Below are positions 9,073 to 19,574 of a stretch of 64,000 bases of DNA, in pieces. A program made the translations under genes and the position numbers. Source of the DNA: a virus; IMG/VR virus record IMGVR_UViG_3300025138_000026, positions 15,644 through 79,643 of that record, one strand, 5' to 3'. A model generated the notes under the pieces. That model was not told the origin of the DNA. It saw only the letters and a program-made list of their open reading frames with translations, and ran no database searches. How positions within the stretch are numbered: the stretch's first letter is position 1; every line of letters begins with the position of its first letter.

Positions 9073-10113
9073 TTACAAAAGTTCTACTCGCTTGTCAAAT
9101 GAAAAAGCAGGGCATCCTGCATATTTTAACTTTTTAATTTTGAGTCCTTCTCTAAGACGATCTTGTAAGTCTTCCTTATTGTCAGATGAAGCAATAAATT
9201 TCCCTTCACCATCCTCTAGATGATAATAATCTCTCGCGAACTTAAATGGACAATACCACATTGGATTACCATCCTTTTTCAGTTGGCCAGCAAAATCAGC
9301 TCTACCACAAACGATTCTACCCGCAAACCCTTCTTCTTTTTTAGGATATCCTTTCTCCCAAGCTAACCCACTTTTTCCAACTTTTTCACTAAAATTATTT
9401 ATAACCTGTTGGACCTCAGTTAAAAAATACTCAAAGCCTTCTAAATCTAATTCCTCTAACGGCTCCATCTCTAAAAGACCTTCTCCGTTTAAATCAAATT
9501 TAAGGAATAAAAATTCCATTCGTCTCTTCAAATATTCTGGGTAAAGATACTTAACTGCAAGACAATACATATAATCCTGCATATTATCAGAATATTCTTT
9601 TCCCTCAAAAATGCTTTTTGAAGTTTTGAAATCTCGTATAACAGCGGTCTTTTTACGTTTAAATAAAAACAACTTGTCTATAAACCCTAGTATCCTATAA
9701 TTTTTGTCGCCATCATTTACCTTGATATCAAAATCTTTTTCTGAAATAGACTCAGTCGGCTTACTATCCGTATCTCCAAAAAAATCATAATTTAAACCCT
9801 CAACAGTCATTTTGTTGATAAGGTCCATGTTTTCAAAGTCATCTATCTCGTACTTTTTGGCATAAGCATCGACCATCCTTTTGATTGAAGGGCTGACATT
9901 TATATCTTGAGCCTTAAGAATCGCCTTGTAATGCTTCCTATGGCGAGGGTTTCCTAGATTTTCAAATACTGCATGGCATATTGTTCCTCTCAAAGATCCA
10001 TGATTAGACTTATCAGGGAGTCTCAAGTGGTATTTGCACCAATATTGCCAAGAACATGTCTGTAACGTCTTAATTCGTGACGCTGACAGGGGTTTATTAT
10101 CAAAAGTCTCCAT
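9073..10113 (-). CDS. PD-(D/E)XK nuclease (AddB/Cas4-like exonuclease)
   Basis: LSASRIKTLQTC, GTICHAVFE, GFIDKL, IRDFKT, C-terminal Cys residues. Confidence 0.8.
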   Translation of the reverse strand: METFDNKPLSASRIKTLQTCSWQYWCKYHLRLPDKSNHGSLRGTICHAVFENLGNPRHRKHYKAILKAQDINVSPSIKRMVDAYAKKYEIDDFENMDLINKMTVEGLNYDFFGDTDSKPTESISEKDFDIKVNDGDKNYRILGFIDKLFLFKRKKTAVIRDFKTSKSIFEGKEYSDNMQDYMYCLAVKYLYPEYLKRRMEFLFLKFDLNGEGLLEMEPLEELDLEGFEYFLTEVQQVINNFSEKVGKSGLAWEKGYPKKEEGFAGRIVCGRADFAGQLKKDGNPMWYCPFKFARDYYHLEDGEGKFIASSDNKEDLQDRLREGLKIKKLKYAGCPAFSFDKRVELL

Positions 10114-11146
10114 AATAGAATGAGTTTTTCTTCACTAATTTATTTAGTGATGAGGAAAAACTTTTATTAACTCCTTTTTTATCCATGTCTCTCGCAATCT
10201 TTAAAACATGGGACATCGAGTTTTGATGTTGTTTATTATAACACTCAGTCGTGTATTTTTCTATTTGGATTTGATCCATCTCCCCAAAATCATTTTCTTC
10301 TGGGGGAATAAAATATACTTTATCAAAGTCTATTGAATCTACTAATTTAAAGACAGACTTAATAGCCCCCTCAAACCCCCTGTTAACAGAAGACGTTTGA
10401 TCATTATTAAATGATATAAAAATCTTTTTAATAGGTAAGAGGGCCAATCTAGATATAAAAGTCGGAGATATATTAAGGCCAAAAGAAACTAAAACATTTT
10501 TTACCCCCTTTTCATAAAGAGATAAGCAGTCTCCTACAGACTCTACAATATGGACTGATTCTTTCTCCATTATAGCATCTCTAACTGAATCTATATTATA
10601 ATATGGGAATAACCAATTAGAAGACTTCCCCATATGTAACCACTTGGGCCTACTATCTTGTGTTACCTTCCTACCAGAGAAACCATGGATACGTCCGTCT
10701 TTTCTAAAAATAGGAAATATAACTCTCTGATACATTTTACCAGACATAGCTAAACCACACTTAAAATCCTCAAGGGTCTCCCTACTAATCCCTTTTTCTA
10801 AATAAAAATCGTAATGAGGAACAAGCTTTCTTAATGCCCGTTCTGGATATGTTTTTTCCTCTTTCAAAAGATATTTCTGTTTAATTCTCTCTCCTATACT
10901 TACACCATTATCTTTCAGATAATGGTTCACGGCCTTATCATCATTCGTGTTTAAAGTCTTTTTCAGTAGAGCCTCAAACGGCATAAATTGAGACTCCTCG
11001 ACATAATCTTTCCAGACTCCAGTGTCTTTGTATATTTGAAGAGCTGTAGAATTATCTCCAGATCTGTAAACCGCATTCGTTCTCCAGTATGACCCATGGT
11101 CTTTCAGTCGATAACCAAGATTTTCAAGAACCTCTTTGTAGTTCAT
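10100..11146 (-). CDS. DnaG-type DNA primase
   Basis: RVIFPI..GRIHGFSGR, PKW, Toprim IVESVGD; sits next to the helicase. Confidence 0.8.
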   Translation of the reverse strand: MNYKEVLENLGYRLKDHGSYWRTNAVYRSGDNSTALQIYKDTGVWKDYVEESQFMPFEALLKKTLNTNDDKAVNHYLKDNGVSIGERIKQKYLLKEEKTYPERALRKLVPHYDFYLEKGISRETLEDFKCGLAMSGKMYQRVIFPIFRKDGRIHGFSGRKVTQDSRPKWLHMGKSSNWLFPYYNIDSVRDAIMEKESVHIVESVGDCLSLYEKGVKNVLVSFGLNISPTFISRLALLPIKKIFISFNNDQTSSVNRGFEGAIKSVFKLVDSIDFDKVYFIPPEENDFGEMDQIQIEKYTTECYNKQHQNSMSHVLKIARDMDKKGVNKSFSSSLNKLVKKNSFYYGDF

Positions 11147-12672
11147 TACATCGGTATTTGTTCCAAATCATTTTGGCGAACCTCAATTCCTCCCCCATTA
11201 GATGAATTTACAATATCTTGCAAGTCTCCACACTCATCAATCCTAAAGTTTTCTAACTTAAGGTTAACAAAGTTTTGCCTCTTCGTCCCATCTGGCATCT
11301 CTACAGGATGGATAGCTCGTAAAGCATCTCTTCCTAAATGCCTAGCCTTTAAATTAATAAGCTTATGAGTACCAAAATTAGAACCCTCGTCATGGATCTC
11401 TTCTGCCACCTTCCTCCTAAGCAAGAACAAATGTGAACAGAACTGGGTAATTCCATCTGAAAGAGAGACTACGCTCTCATCATCAACAATAGCTCCCGCA
11501 TTTCTATTATTCGTAATGCCAAGTCTATTAGACTGAACCGAAGTTAACATAGAAACACATGGTTTTCCATCAAAGGATAAATCTCTATGAATTGTCTGTT
11601 TAAATTTATGGACTAAATAAGAGACTTGCTGCCAACCATCTACCTTGCCAATACTTCCAAAATCACTCTTGATGTAATCAAAACTAAATATTAAACGGTT
11701 TCCTCTTCCTATTTTTGAGAAATAGAACCTCTTTAATAAAGAACACATTTCGTCAGGTGATAACCCTGCGACATTTTCATAATAAAATTCCATGTCCTTT
11801 ATCTTTCCCCAAGCCGACCTAACTTTCTCGACAACCTCCTCTACACTCCAGTCTTTGTAAGCTGTTGTTCTCCACTTCCCTGTTTGCAAGAGCCATACTG
11901 GAATGCCTGTCATAGCGGAGCACTGCCTGAAAATTAATTCATCTTCACTCATCTCTCCATTATCAAAATGGAGAACTGGAACCCCATGCTCTGCAGAAAC
12001 CTTTGTTGTATAATCCATACAAAAGTTTGTCTTACCAACTCCAGACCTAGCTACAATAACAGAAATATTACCCGCTAGAAGTAGAGATCCATACATCTCA
12101 TTAACTCTTGGGTGAGGTCCAAGCATTCCGAAATCTTCAACAGGATTATTCCCCCTGTCCTCTACAAGCTCTTCCATCATATCAAACAAATTGACTGGTC
12201 CAGCCTCTGTCATTTCAAAATCCTTAATGTTCTGATTATAGATTTGATCTGACTGCTCAACAATATCTCCATATTTAAGATTTGGATCTGCCTTTTTAAC
12301 AAAATCAGCTACATTTTTACAGCTATTATAAATTTCTCTACGAGCTGTAAACTTTTTCAACTCCCGAACAGAACTTAAAAAGATATTCTCTGTGATCTTG
12401 TAGAAGGCAAGTGAATAAATATACTCTGCAACATCGACACTATCGGGGAATGTTGCCTTCAATTGATTAATTCTTTGAACTAAAATCGTTTCATCAATAT
12501 TCTCTGCATTATTCAATGCGTTCTTAAGTAGCTTAAATATAGATACATTAACCTTTGAATCATCAGAATAAAAATCTCTCTCATTTAAAAAACTAGAGAT
12601 TTCCTCCCACTTATGCTGGTGTTGAAGAACACCACTTAAAACCTTCTTTTCTAAATCAAATGAATGGATCAT
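11146..12672 (-). CDS. dnaB: Replicative DnaB-like helicase
   Basis: N-terminal DnaB domain (LEKKVLSG, DFY), VARSGVGKT, GEM, FDYI, SVQSNR, KARH. Confidence 0.88.
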   Translation of the reverse strand: MIHSFDLEKKVLSGVLQHQHKWEEISSFLNERDFYSDDSKVNVSIFKLLKNALNNAENIDETILVQRINQLKATFPDSVDVAEYIYSLAFYKITENIFLSSVRELKKFTARREIYNSCKNVADFVKKADPNLKYGDIVEQSDQIYNQNIKDFEMTEAGPVNLFDMMEELVEDRGNNPVEDFGMLGPHPRVNEMYGSLLLAGNISVIVARSGVGKTNFCMDYTTKVSAEHGVPVLHFDNGEMSEDELIFRQCSAMTGIPVWLLQTGKWRTTAYKDWSVEEVVEKVRSAWGKIKDMEFYYENVAGLSPDEMCSLLKRFYFSKIGRGNRLIFSFDYIKSDFGSIGKVDGWQQVSYLVHKFKQTIHRDLSFDGKPCVSMLTSVQSNRLGITNNRNAGAIVDDESVVSLSDGITQFCSHLFLLRRKVAEEIHDEGSNFGTHKLINLKARHLGRDALRAIHPVEMPDGTKRQNFVNLKLENFRIDECGDLQDIVNSSNGGGIEVRQNDLEQIPM

Positions 12673-12905
12673 ATGGAAATATCGTCATCTTTTTTAGTCA
12701 TTGCTATCTCTATCAACTTGCTAAGAGCCATATCTACACAAGGATTTTCTGTTTTAGTTGTAACTGTTGGACAACCATCTTTATTAACGTAAATTAACAT
12801 AAACCCTCTATTACCGCCATTCACAGACCCAGTTGAGTCATAAATCTTATCCAACAAAGATTGTGGGATATTGTCAGCAGGATCTTCTTCTTCAAGGTAA
12901 CTCAT
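12669..12905 (-). CDS. Hypothetical protein
   Basis: 78-aa ORF coupled by 4-nt overlaps on both sides. Confidence 0.7.
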   Translation of the reverse strand: MSYLEEEDPADNIPQSLLDKIYDSTGSVNGGNRGFMLIYVNKDGCPTVTTKTENPCVDMALSKLIEIAMTKKDDDISI

Positions 12906-13318
12906 TTTAAAAGTTTTATTAAATTCTTTGGGTAGTTTTCTGAGTCCATAATTTCTGATTCTAGAACTCTAATTAATTTTATATTATTAATATCACAAAA
13001 ATATTCCTTCTTCTCATCCCTGTTTAATTGACGAAGGAAATTCTGCCTTGAATTAGAATGGAAAAATTTGTTATACTTATAGTGTTGATTTCCATCAACC
13101 TCAATTGCAATATTGAGTGTTGCATTAAAGAAGTCAAGAGTCATTCTTGTTCCTGCGACAGGAAATTCTTCAAAAACGACATCCGCAAACCAATATGGTT
13201 TAATATTATTTTTTACATCTTTCTGTATGCCACTCCTACACTTTGACTCCCAGTCGATCAAATACTTGGTAATATTTTTAATCTTCTTCTCTCTACCATT
13301 TGCACACAAGAAAGTCAT
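12902..13318 (-). CDS. DUF559/Vsr-like endonuclease
   Basis: EEFPV..LDFF..IAIEVDGNQH..RDEKK..IKLIRV. Confidence 0.8.
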   Translation of the reverse strand: MTFLCANGREKKIKNITKYLIDWESKCRSGIQKDVKNNIKPYWFADVVFEEFPVAGTRMTLDFFNATLNIAIEVDGNQHYKYNKFFHSNSRQNFLRQLNRDEKKEYFCDINNIKLIRVLESEIMDSENYPKNLIKLLK

Positions 13319-14454
13319 ACTAATTTTTTATTTAAGATATTATCTCTTACAAAATCTGTCAATAAAGACGTTACCTTTTCATCATTTTCCAAAAACTCGT
13401 AGAACGCACGACTACCCTGATAAGACTCTTTGAAATCGATTTTTTTGCTAGTAAGGTATCCCTTCAACTCTTCATCAAGCTTAATCCAAGCTCCAGCTTT
13501 TTCTAAATAGCCCCACATAAGAAGCATTTCTACAATCTCCCTCTCTATCCAAATAGACTTGCCATCCATGCGTCCATGTTTAATTGGGTAACTAACTACT
13601 TGGCCTGTAGATTCATTTGTTGATTTCAAAATAGCGACCTTAGCAAGATGTCCATAAATCTTGTTATCTGGAGTTATCTGTTCATTAGGTTTTTCTAAAA
13701 TCTTGTCAGACTTGTTCTGCTTCAAAAATTGAAGAATCCAATCTGGATAATGGAGAATAGCATTACCTCCGCTACTGTTTGTTTGGTTATTTGGATCTGC
13801 TTTAGCGTATTGACTAACATTAATTGAGCTACGAACTTGAGAAATCATAATACACATATGCCCGAATTTACTCATTCCCAAGCTAACCCGTCTTAAAAAA
13901 TCAGAACACATCAACGCTCCTCCTGCGACCTTTCTCGCGTCAGAAGAACTTTTTTCTAGATCTTCTTTGCTTATTAGACCGTCCATACTATCGATTACGA
14001 TACAAAACTTTTCTTGATCATGGTTATTCTTCAATAACCCCCTCAAAAAATCTACCACAGTATCTGTAATATTACACTCCCACACCAAACAAGTTCCAGT
14101 TACCCAATCTTCTGGATTGTTAACAAATTTAATTCCAGCTCTATTCCTTATGTCTTCACTGAGGCGACCCTCTGCCATTACGAACAATCCTTTTGAGTTT
14201 TTTACTCCCTTCATCATATTATGCATTACATGTAATGCTTCGTTCGTTTTGCCTCCCTCGTTGGCTCCAATGAATCTATGTAAGCCTGAACCCAACCCTC
14301 CCCCTAAAACCTTATCAAGAATCATAGATCCGCTAGACACAAGATATTGCTCAGCGGCTTCTTCAAAATTAAGGTGATACTCTTGGTTTGACTTAAAGTA
14401 TGCTTCTGTATATTCCTTTGAACTATTTAAGTTCTTGCTCTTCTTTTTACTCAT
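13315..14454 (-). CDS. recA: RecA/UvsX-like recombinase
   Basis: SSGSMILDKVLGGG, GANEGGKT, VIDS, ISQVR, SGGNAILHY. Confidence 0.85.
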   Translation of the reverse strand: MSKKKSKNLNSSKEYTEAYFKSNQEYHLNFEEAAEQYLVSSGSMILDKVLGGGLGSGLHRFIGANEGGKTNEALHVMHNMMKGVKNSKGLFVMAEGRLSEDIRNRAGIKFVNNPEDWVTGTCLVWECNITDTVVDFLRGLLKNNHDQEKFCIVIDSMDGLISKEDLEKSSSDARKVAGGALMCSDFLRRVSLGMSKFGHMCIMISQVRSSINVSQYAKADPNNQTNSSGGNAILHYPDWILQFLKQNKSDKILEKPNEQITPDNKIYGHLAKVAILKSTNESTGQVVSYPIKHGRMDGKSIWIEREIVEMLLMWGYLEKAGAWIKLDEELKGYLTSKKIDFKESYQGSRAFYEFLENDEKVTSLLTDFVRDNILNKKLV

Positions 14455-14890
14455 TTAAAAAATCTTTTAAGGTTTTCTTCTTCGTCTCTAAGATATCTTC
14501 TCCCGCTTTCTCCTTCGTGTCAATAAATTTATCCTTATCTGGAGGCTTATAATAAAATTCCTTATGCTTCTTAAGTAAATACTCCTTGCCCTCTCTAGTT
14601 AAAAAGTATTTTATTGTATTTTTAAATAAAAACGGCGGTTTCACCTTCTCTAAAAAATCTAGATCGTTATTAAATTGATTAAAGACTGTCGTTGCTGCAT
14701 GCATCTCCATGCGCCAATCTGTAGCCTTAGAGCCACCTAACATTCTTTTCACAAAGTCTCTCCGATCTTTAAAAAAAGGTTTCGGAGCCTTCTTCTTGGT
14801 AGGCTTAAATATGTAACCACATTCACATGAGCCTGCTCTAGCTCCAACTAGGACACTACATGAAGGACAGGTCTTTTTACCTCTAGGCAT
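14447..14890 (-). CDS. Zinc-ribbon protein
   Basis: CPSC-x9-CECG at the N-terminus. Confidence 0.65.
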   Translation of the reverse strand: MPRGKKTCPSCSVLVGARAGSCECGYIFKPTKKKAPKPFFKDRRDFVKRMLGGSKATDWRMEMHAATTVFNQFNNDLDFLEKVKPPFLFKNTIKYFLTREGKEYLLKKHKEFYYKPPDKDKFIDTKEKAGEDILETKKKTLKDFLNE

Positions 14891-14893
14891 GGA

Positions 14894-15928
14894 TTAAACC
14901 ATACTCAACTTCAAATCATTGTCAACCATTTTTCTTACGAGACCAATAAAGTCTGTTTTAGGCTTCCAACCCAAGTGCCTTCTAGCCTCCGAAGAATCAC
15001 CCCAAAGAACTTCTACTTCAGCGGGTCGATAGAAATCTGGATTAATTTTCATTAGGGTCCGACCTTCATGTAAATATTTTTCCTCCACACCCTTTCCAAC
15101 CCACTTGCACTCTTCTACAGCGAAGCCAGCGAAGTTAAACGCTTGTTCTACGAACTCTCTAATAGTATGAGTTTCATTAGAGGATAGAACATATTCCTTA
15201 GGCTCTTCTTGGCTCAGCATTAGCCAAATACCTTCTACGAAGTCCTCAGAATCACTCCAATCTCTTTTCGCGTCAATATTCCCCAACTCAAGAGGTTTAA
15301 AATCATTTAAAATATACTCTTTTTTAATGCGAGCTACATTCTTTGTGATCTTACGAGTAACAAACTCTTCACCACGACGAGTCCCTTCATGATTAAATAA
15401 CCAGCCCTGTACAGCAAACAAGTCGTAAGAGTCTCTCCAGACTTTCACCATATGCCTCGCGCTAGCCTTAGAAACCCCATATGGGCTTCTTGGGCGCAGA
15501 GGATGAAGTTCTGACTGGGGAGAATATAAAACGTCCCCAAACTCTTCTGAGGAGCCAGCATTATAATAACGACAATTAGGGCAATGCTTCCTTATAGCTT
15601 CCAACTGGTATAAAACAGCCATTGTGTTCGTTTCCATGTGATTGACTGGCATCTTCCAGCTAACCCCGACAAAAGAATTAGCAGCAAAGTTAATAAAATA
15701 ATCTGGCTTCTCTTCTGAAATCACAAGATCTGTATTTGCTTGGTCTGCAACATCAAGATCAATTAATTTAAATCTAGGATTATCCTTAAGATGAGAAATA
15801 TTCTCATGGTTTTTGACACTAAGGCGGCGGACTCCCGCAATAATAGTATGTTCCGTATTCTCCAAAAGATAGTCTGTCATGAAACTACCGTCTTGACCTG
15901 TAACTCCTGTAATTATTACTTTTTTCAT
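14894..15928 (-). CDS. gmd: GDP-mannose 4,6-dehydratase
   Basis: ITGVTGQDGS, AANSFV, SSEEFG, PRSPYGVSK, LFNHE, FVTRKIT, LGNIDAKRDW, RPAEV. Confidence 0.93.
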   Translation of the reverse strand: MKKVIITGVTGQDGSFMTDYLLENTEHTIIAGVRRLSVKNHENISHLKDNPRFKLIDLDVADQANTDLVISEEKPDYFINFAANSFVGVSWKMPVNHMETNTMAVLYQLEAIRKHCPNCRYYNAGSSEEFGDVLYSPQSELHPLRPRSPYGVSKASARHMVKVWRDSYDLFAVQGWLFNHEGTRRGEEFVTRKITKNVARIKKEYILNDFKPLELGNIDAKRDWSDSEDFVEGIWLMLSQEEPKEYVLSSNETHTIREFVEQAFNFAGFAVEECKWVGKGVEEKYLHEGRTLMKINPDFYRPAEVEVLWGDSSEARRHLGWKPKTDFIGLVRKMVDNDLKLSMV

Positions 15929-17086
15929 TTAAATATTATTTAATTTAGAAACCAGTTTTTCAATTTTTGTTTCTCTTAAATTATGGAAAAGGCCCACGTA
16001 AAAGCCATTGTGATGTAGATTAATCGAGTTGACATAGTCAATTCCATCTTGGAAAAACTCTTTATAGCAAGTTTGATAGCCTAAAAATCCAGATATAATA
16101 GGTCTGTATTCTATATCTAGATCTTCACATATACTCAATGCTTTCTTTTTTTTATTACCTTTACATATAATAGGCAGACAAAATGGAACATGTTCTCCGT
16201 CTTCTAATTCAGAAGGTAAGTAAAATTTACTTAAGTCTAGCTTTGATTTAAATACATTATACAATTTCTTTCTAGATTCCGTGTATTTCTGCACTCTTTT
16301 CAGATCGAGCATACCAACAAAAGCATTGAAATCTGAGTTTCTAAAATTATTACCGAGAGTATGGAAATCAAAAAGACTGTCCACTAATTTGTTCTCATAG
16401 CTAGAGGTATCTATATTGTAAGCCTTTAAACTCCTAACCATGCCATGATTTCTGTTGATTAGATAATATTCATATTCCTTTTTTGAATTAGTGAATATAA
16501 AGCCACCCTCAATAGATTGTATTTGATGACCAAAGTAAGTTGAGGTTGTAGACGTAAAAAACGAAGATACATTTCTGTTATTATAAGTGCCAAATGTATT
16601 TTCACAATTATCAAAATTTATATTTACTCCATATTTTCTTTGCAACCTCTGATATTCGCTCATTTTCGGCGTAAATCCAATCAGTGAAGTTGGGAAAACA
16701 CAAGCTATTCTGTCTTTATTCTCGATAATGAAATCTTCCAGTTTAGATAAATCCATAGAAAAATCAGACAAGCACACATCAATAAATTTAGGATTGAACC
16801 CCGCTTTAATCCAAGGAGAACAAGATGTCTGCCAAGTAGTTGAGGGTAATACTATAATATCCCTATCTTTACAAATAGATTTTTGATAATCTGCCAAAAG
16901 AGAATTGGCAGTAGACCCGCTTGAAACATAAACAGAATATTTGCACCCTACATAATCTGCCATTTTGGATTCAAACTCTTTAACTCTATCTCCTTGAGTC
17001 CATCTATTAGCAGGATTCAATATAAATTTGCAGATCTTGAGCCGATCTAAAAAAGAAAAATTATTAATATTTAAAGGCCAATTCAT
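15929..17086 (-). CDS. DegT/DnrJ family PLP enzyme, ColD-like GDP-4-keto-6-deoxymannose 3-dehydratase
   Basis: VSSGSTAN, DNCE, STYFGHQIQSIEGG (His at the usual Lys position), HG, RPII; directly upstream of gmd. Confidence 0.75.
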   Translation of the reverse strand: MNWPLNINNFSFLDRLKICKFILNPANRWTQGDRVKEFESKMADYVGCKYSVYVSSGSTANSLLADYQKSICKDRDIIVLPSTTWQTSCSPWIKAGFNPKFIDVCLSDFSMDLSKLEDFIIENKDRIACVFPTSLIGFTPKMSEYQRLQRKYGVNINFDNCENTFGTYNNRNVSSFFTSTTSTYFGHQIQSIEGGFIFTNSKKEYEYYLINRNHGMVRSLKAYNIDTSSYENKLVDSLFDFHTLGNNFRNSDFNAFVGMLDLKRVQKYTESRKKLYNVFKSKLDLSKFYLPSELEDGEHVPFCLPIICKGNKKKKALSICEDLDIEYRPIISGFLGYQTCYKEFFQDGIDYVNSINLHHNGFYVGLFHNLRETKIEKLVSKLNNI

Positions 17087-18018
17087 AATTTATTATATTG
17101 TTCTATTATATTTCTAGCTATAGATACTTTGCTAAACCTATTCTTATATTCATCACTAAATTTATCTACAAAATCTTTACAATTTTTGTTCCATATTGGA
17201 TCATTTATTAATTTAGCTATCTTGTCTGAGCAAGCAGGAACAGAGATACCTGACCAAAATTCTTCACTTGTTGGGTCGTCATCGCAAACAATTATTTTTG
17301 TTCGTGCTACAACTGATTCCAAAGCTGGTAAACCGACTGATTTAAATGCAGAAGGAAAAAATATATATTCTACAGAGTTGTAAAGAATATTTAAAATTTC
17401 ATCACTAACTATACCATAATAATTTCCAAACCTTGGATTTTCTGAACCCACTACAGCCAAAGATTGAGCAGTATCTCCTGACTTTATAATAGTATCTGAA
17501 ACAATATTGAATCTTTTATTTGGATCGTTGGCCCTGCCCACATAAAGATATTTGTAATTATCTCCATTTTGATTTTTTATTTTATCATTATCATCTATAT
17601 CTAGATATGAAACTTCTTTAATTGGATTATAAATAACTTCACTCTGTAGGCCACACCAGTTCAATATCTGCCACTGCACTTCCTTGCATATGCATGTTAT
17701 TAAATCACAATCTTTTAATTTTTTCTTCAGATCTGAGGGGTCATAGTTTCTACCATACGGGTTATCTATATAAGGATATCTAGAAATATCGTAGTTCCTG
17801 CCATCAATACAATGAGGAGGCAAATCTAAAACATTGTAAATAATTTTAGCTTTAGAATTTTTTATCCTAAAATCTGAGTCATAAGATGATGGATCATTGC
17901 AGTAGATTATATCAGCGTCTTCCACCCTTGTTATATTGCACCCAAATTCTATAAAACCTTCTCTTATCCTATCTATTTGATTTATGTAGTGCTCAGCTCC
18001 AGCGCAGTAAATATTCAT
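17083..18018 (-). CDS. Glycosyltransferase, GT-B (GT4-like)
   Basis: VIYNPI, YLYVGR..PNKR, FPSAFKSVGLPALES. Confidence 0.75.
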   Translation of the reverse strand: MNIYCAGAEHYINQIDRIREGFIEFGCNITRVEDADIIYCNDPSSYDSDFRIKNSKAKIIYNVLDLPPHCIDGRNYDISRYPYIDNPYGRNYDPSDLKKKLKDCDLITCICKEVQWQILNWCGLQSEVIYNPIKEVSYLDIDDNDKIKNQNGDNYKYLYVGRANDPNKRFNIVSDTIIKSGDTAQSLAVVGSENPRFGNYYGIVSDEILNILYNSVEYIFFPSAFKSVGLPALESVVARTKIIVCDDDPTSEEFWSGISVPACSDKIAKLINDPIWNKNCKDFVDKFSDEYKNRFSKVSIARNIIEQYNKL

Positions 18019-18019
18019 T

Positions 18020-18793
18020 TTAAATTATTTTAATCTCTGGTTTAATTTGATTGAATCTACAATAGAAATCGTCGTTAAAACATAATTTGTTTTTTTCTTG
18101 ATCCCATTTATATGAACAAACTCCATTATATCTTTTTAGCTGATATTCCACTTTTGCTTTCAAAAACTCATCGGAACCAATCCAAGAATAATGATCAGGA
18201 AAACAACTTTCTTTAGGAATTTGCGAGACAGAAAGGCTTTTATAATCTACAAGATTATTATCGATATTATAAGCAACATCATTTTCATAATAAAAATGAC
18301 TAAGAGATGTTTTCCCATTAACTTTCGTAGAGAAAATTCTCGGAGGATTAAAATCTTCTATATATTGATTTTTTGAAAAAACAAAATTTTTAAAGTTTAT
18401 TTTATATGTCTGACTCTTGGGATTTTCTTTTATATATTGGATAGCTTTCTTTATATCTTCTTCTGAATAAAACTCATCTTGATCTAATAGCCATATATAA
18501 TCAAGATCGTAAGCCATTAAATGTTGTAGAGGAGAGTTTCTAGAAAAAGAATCATTTGATTCCTTACCCAAACAAATGTAATCTACAAAACCTCTATGCT
18601 CTTTCAATAACTGCATGGGAGTTTCTGTATCATCAATATCCCATCCGCACTCAACATACTGAGGATACTGATAACTTGAAACAGCAACTTTATTTATCTC
18701 TGGTATATTTTTCCAATTTTCTAAACACCTATTTGTGTATTGAGGAAATCCATAAAAATTGCACAGTAACCCTATTTTCATACTTTTTCCCAA
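18020..18793 (-). CDS. Glycosyltransferase, GT-A (GT2-like)
   Basis: RN..L, DYIWLLDQDEFY (DxD), PRIF, HYSW. Confidence 0.7.
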   Translation of the reverse strand: MGKSMKIGLLCNFYGFPQYTNRCLENWKNIPEINKVAVSSYQYPQYVECGWDIDDTETPMQLLKEHRGFVDYICLGKESNDSFSRNSPLQHLMAYDLDYIWLLDQDEFYSEEDIKKAIQYIKENPKSQTYKINFKNFVFSKNQYIEDFNPPRIFSTKVNGKTSLSHFYYENDVAYNIDNNLVDYKSLSVSQIPKESCFPDHYSWIGSDEFLKAKVEYQLKRYNGVCSYKWDQEKNKLCFNDDFYCRFNQIKPEIKII

Positions 18794-19572
18794 AGTTTTA
18801 ATCCATGTTTAACCCTACCTCTGGCTTTTAATTCTTCTTCTGTAACATCGTGTGTATTAGGATCTCCTCCTGTTGCCTCCACCCAAAAACTATGCCAGAA
18901 TTTATTAACTTTAAGTCTTTCTTTTAAATCTACATAACCTAAATGATATACAAAAGGCGCACCACTTAAGCAATATTGGAGAGCTTTCTTTTCATCATTA
19001 AAATCACAGAGAGGGTAAGTTTGAAGTAGCTCTCCTTTATCATTAATTAACTCGTCAGTACTAGTCTTATTATAATCTGGTCTACCATCTTTCTTTATGG
19101 CGAAATTGACTGGACCCCTTTTTAAGCCTCTTTTATGGATATACCATTTAGCAGCTATGTCTATATAATGATCATAATCTCCATATAAATTTATAACAGG
19201 AACAAAGAAAGAAGCATAATCATCAGAAGAAAGAAGTTGTTCTCCCAGATCTTCAATTATAAACTTCTCTCCTCCTAAACGTTCGTCTAGATTTTGTTGT
19301 ATTAGCAAATCTCCAGAACAAGCTTGAAGAGCTAAGTCTTCAGTTTTGCCGTAACAATATGGATCATCGTAAGGAATATTTACAGAAATAACTTTTAAGT
19401 TATAATTTTTCTCTTCTCCATACTTCCTAATAACAGACTCTGTATCATCAACACTTTTATTAACTGCAATACAAACTTCATCTGCGTAATAAAACCAGTT
19501 ATCTAAAGCATCCTTGTGATCAAATGCTTTATCTAAAATATTGAACGCCGTTGAGTATATGCTAATTTTCAT
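18778..19572 (-). CDS. Glycosyltransferase, GT-A (GT2-like)
   Basis: MKISIYSTAFN, DEVCI..SVDDT, ALQACSGD..NLDE, VYHLGY. Confidence 0.7.
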   Translation of the reverse strand: MKISIYSTAFNILDKAFDHKDALDNWFYYADEVCIAVNKSVDDTESVIRKYGEEKNYNLKVISVNIPYDDPYCYGKTEDLALQACSGDLLIQQNLDERLGGEKFIIEDLGEQLLSSDDYASFFVPVINLYGDYDHYIDIAAKWYIHKRGLKRGPVNFAIKKDGRPDYNKTSTDELINDKGELLQTYPLCDFNDEKKALQYCLSGAPFVYHLGYVDLKERLKVNKFWHSFWVEATGGDPNTHDVTEEELKARGRVKHGLKLWEKV

Positions 19573-19574
19573 TA

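Noticed and set aside
9073-10113. Cas4 as part of a CRISPR system
   Set aside because: No array or other cas genes; replication context fits a recombination exonuclease.
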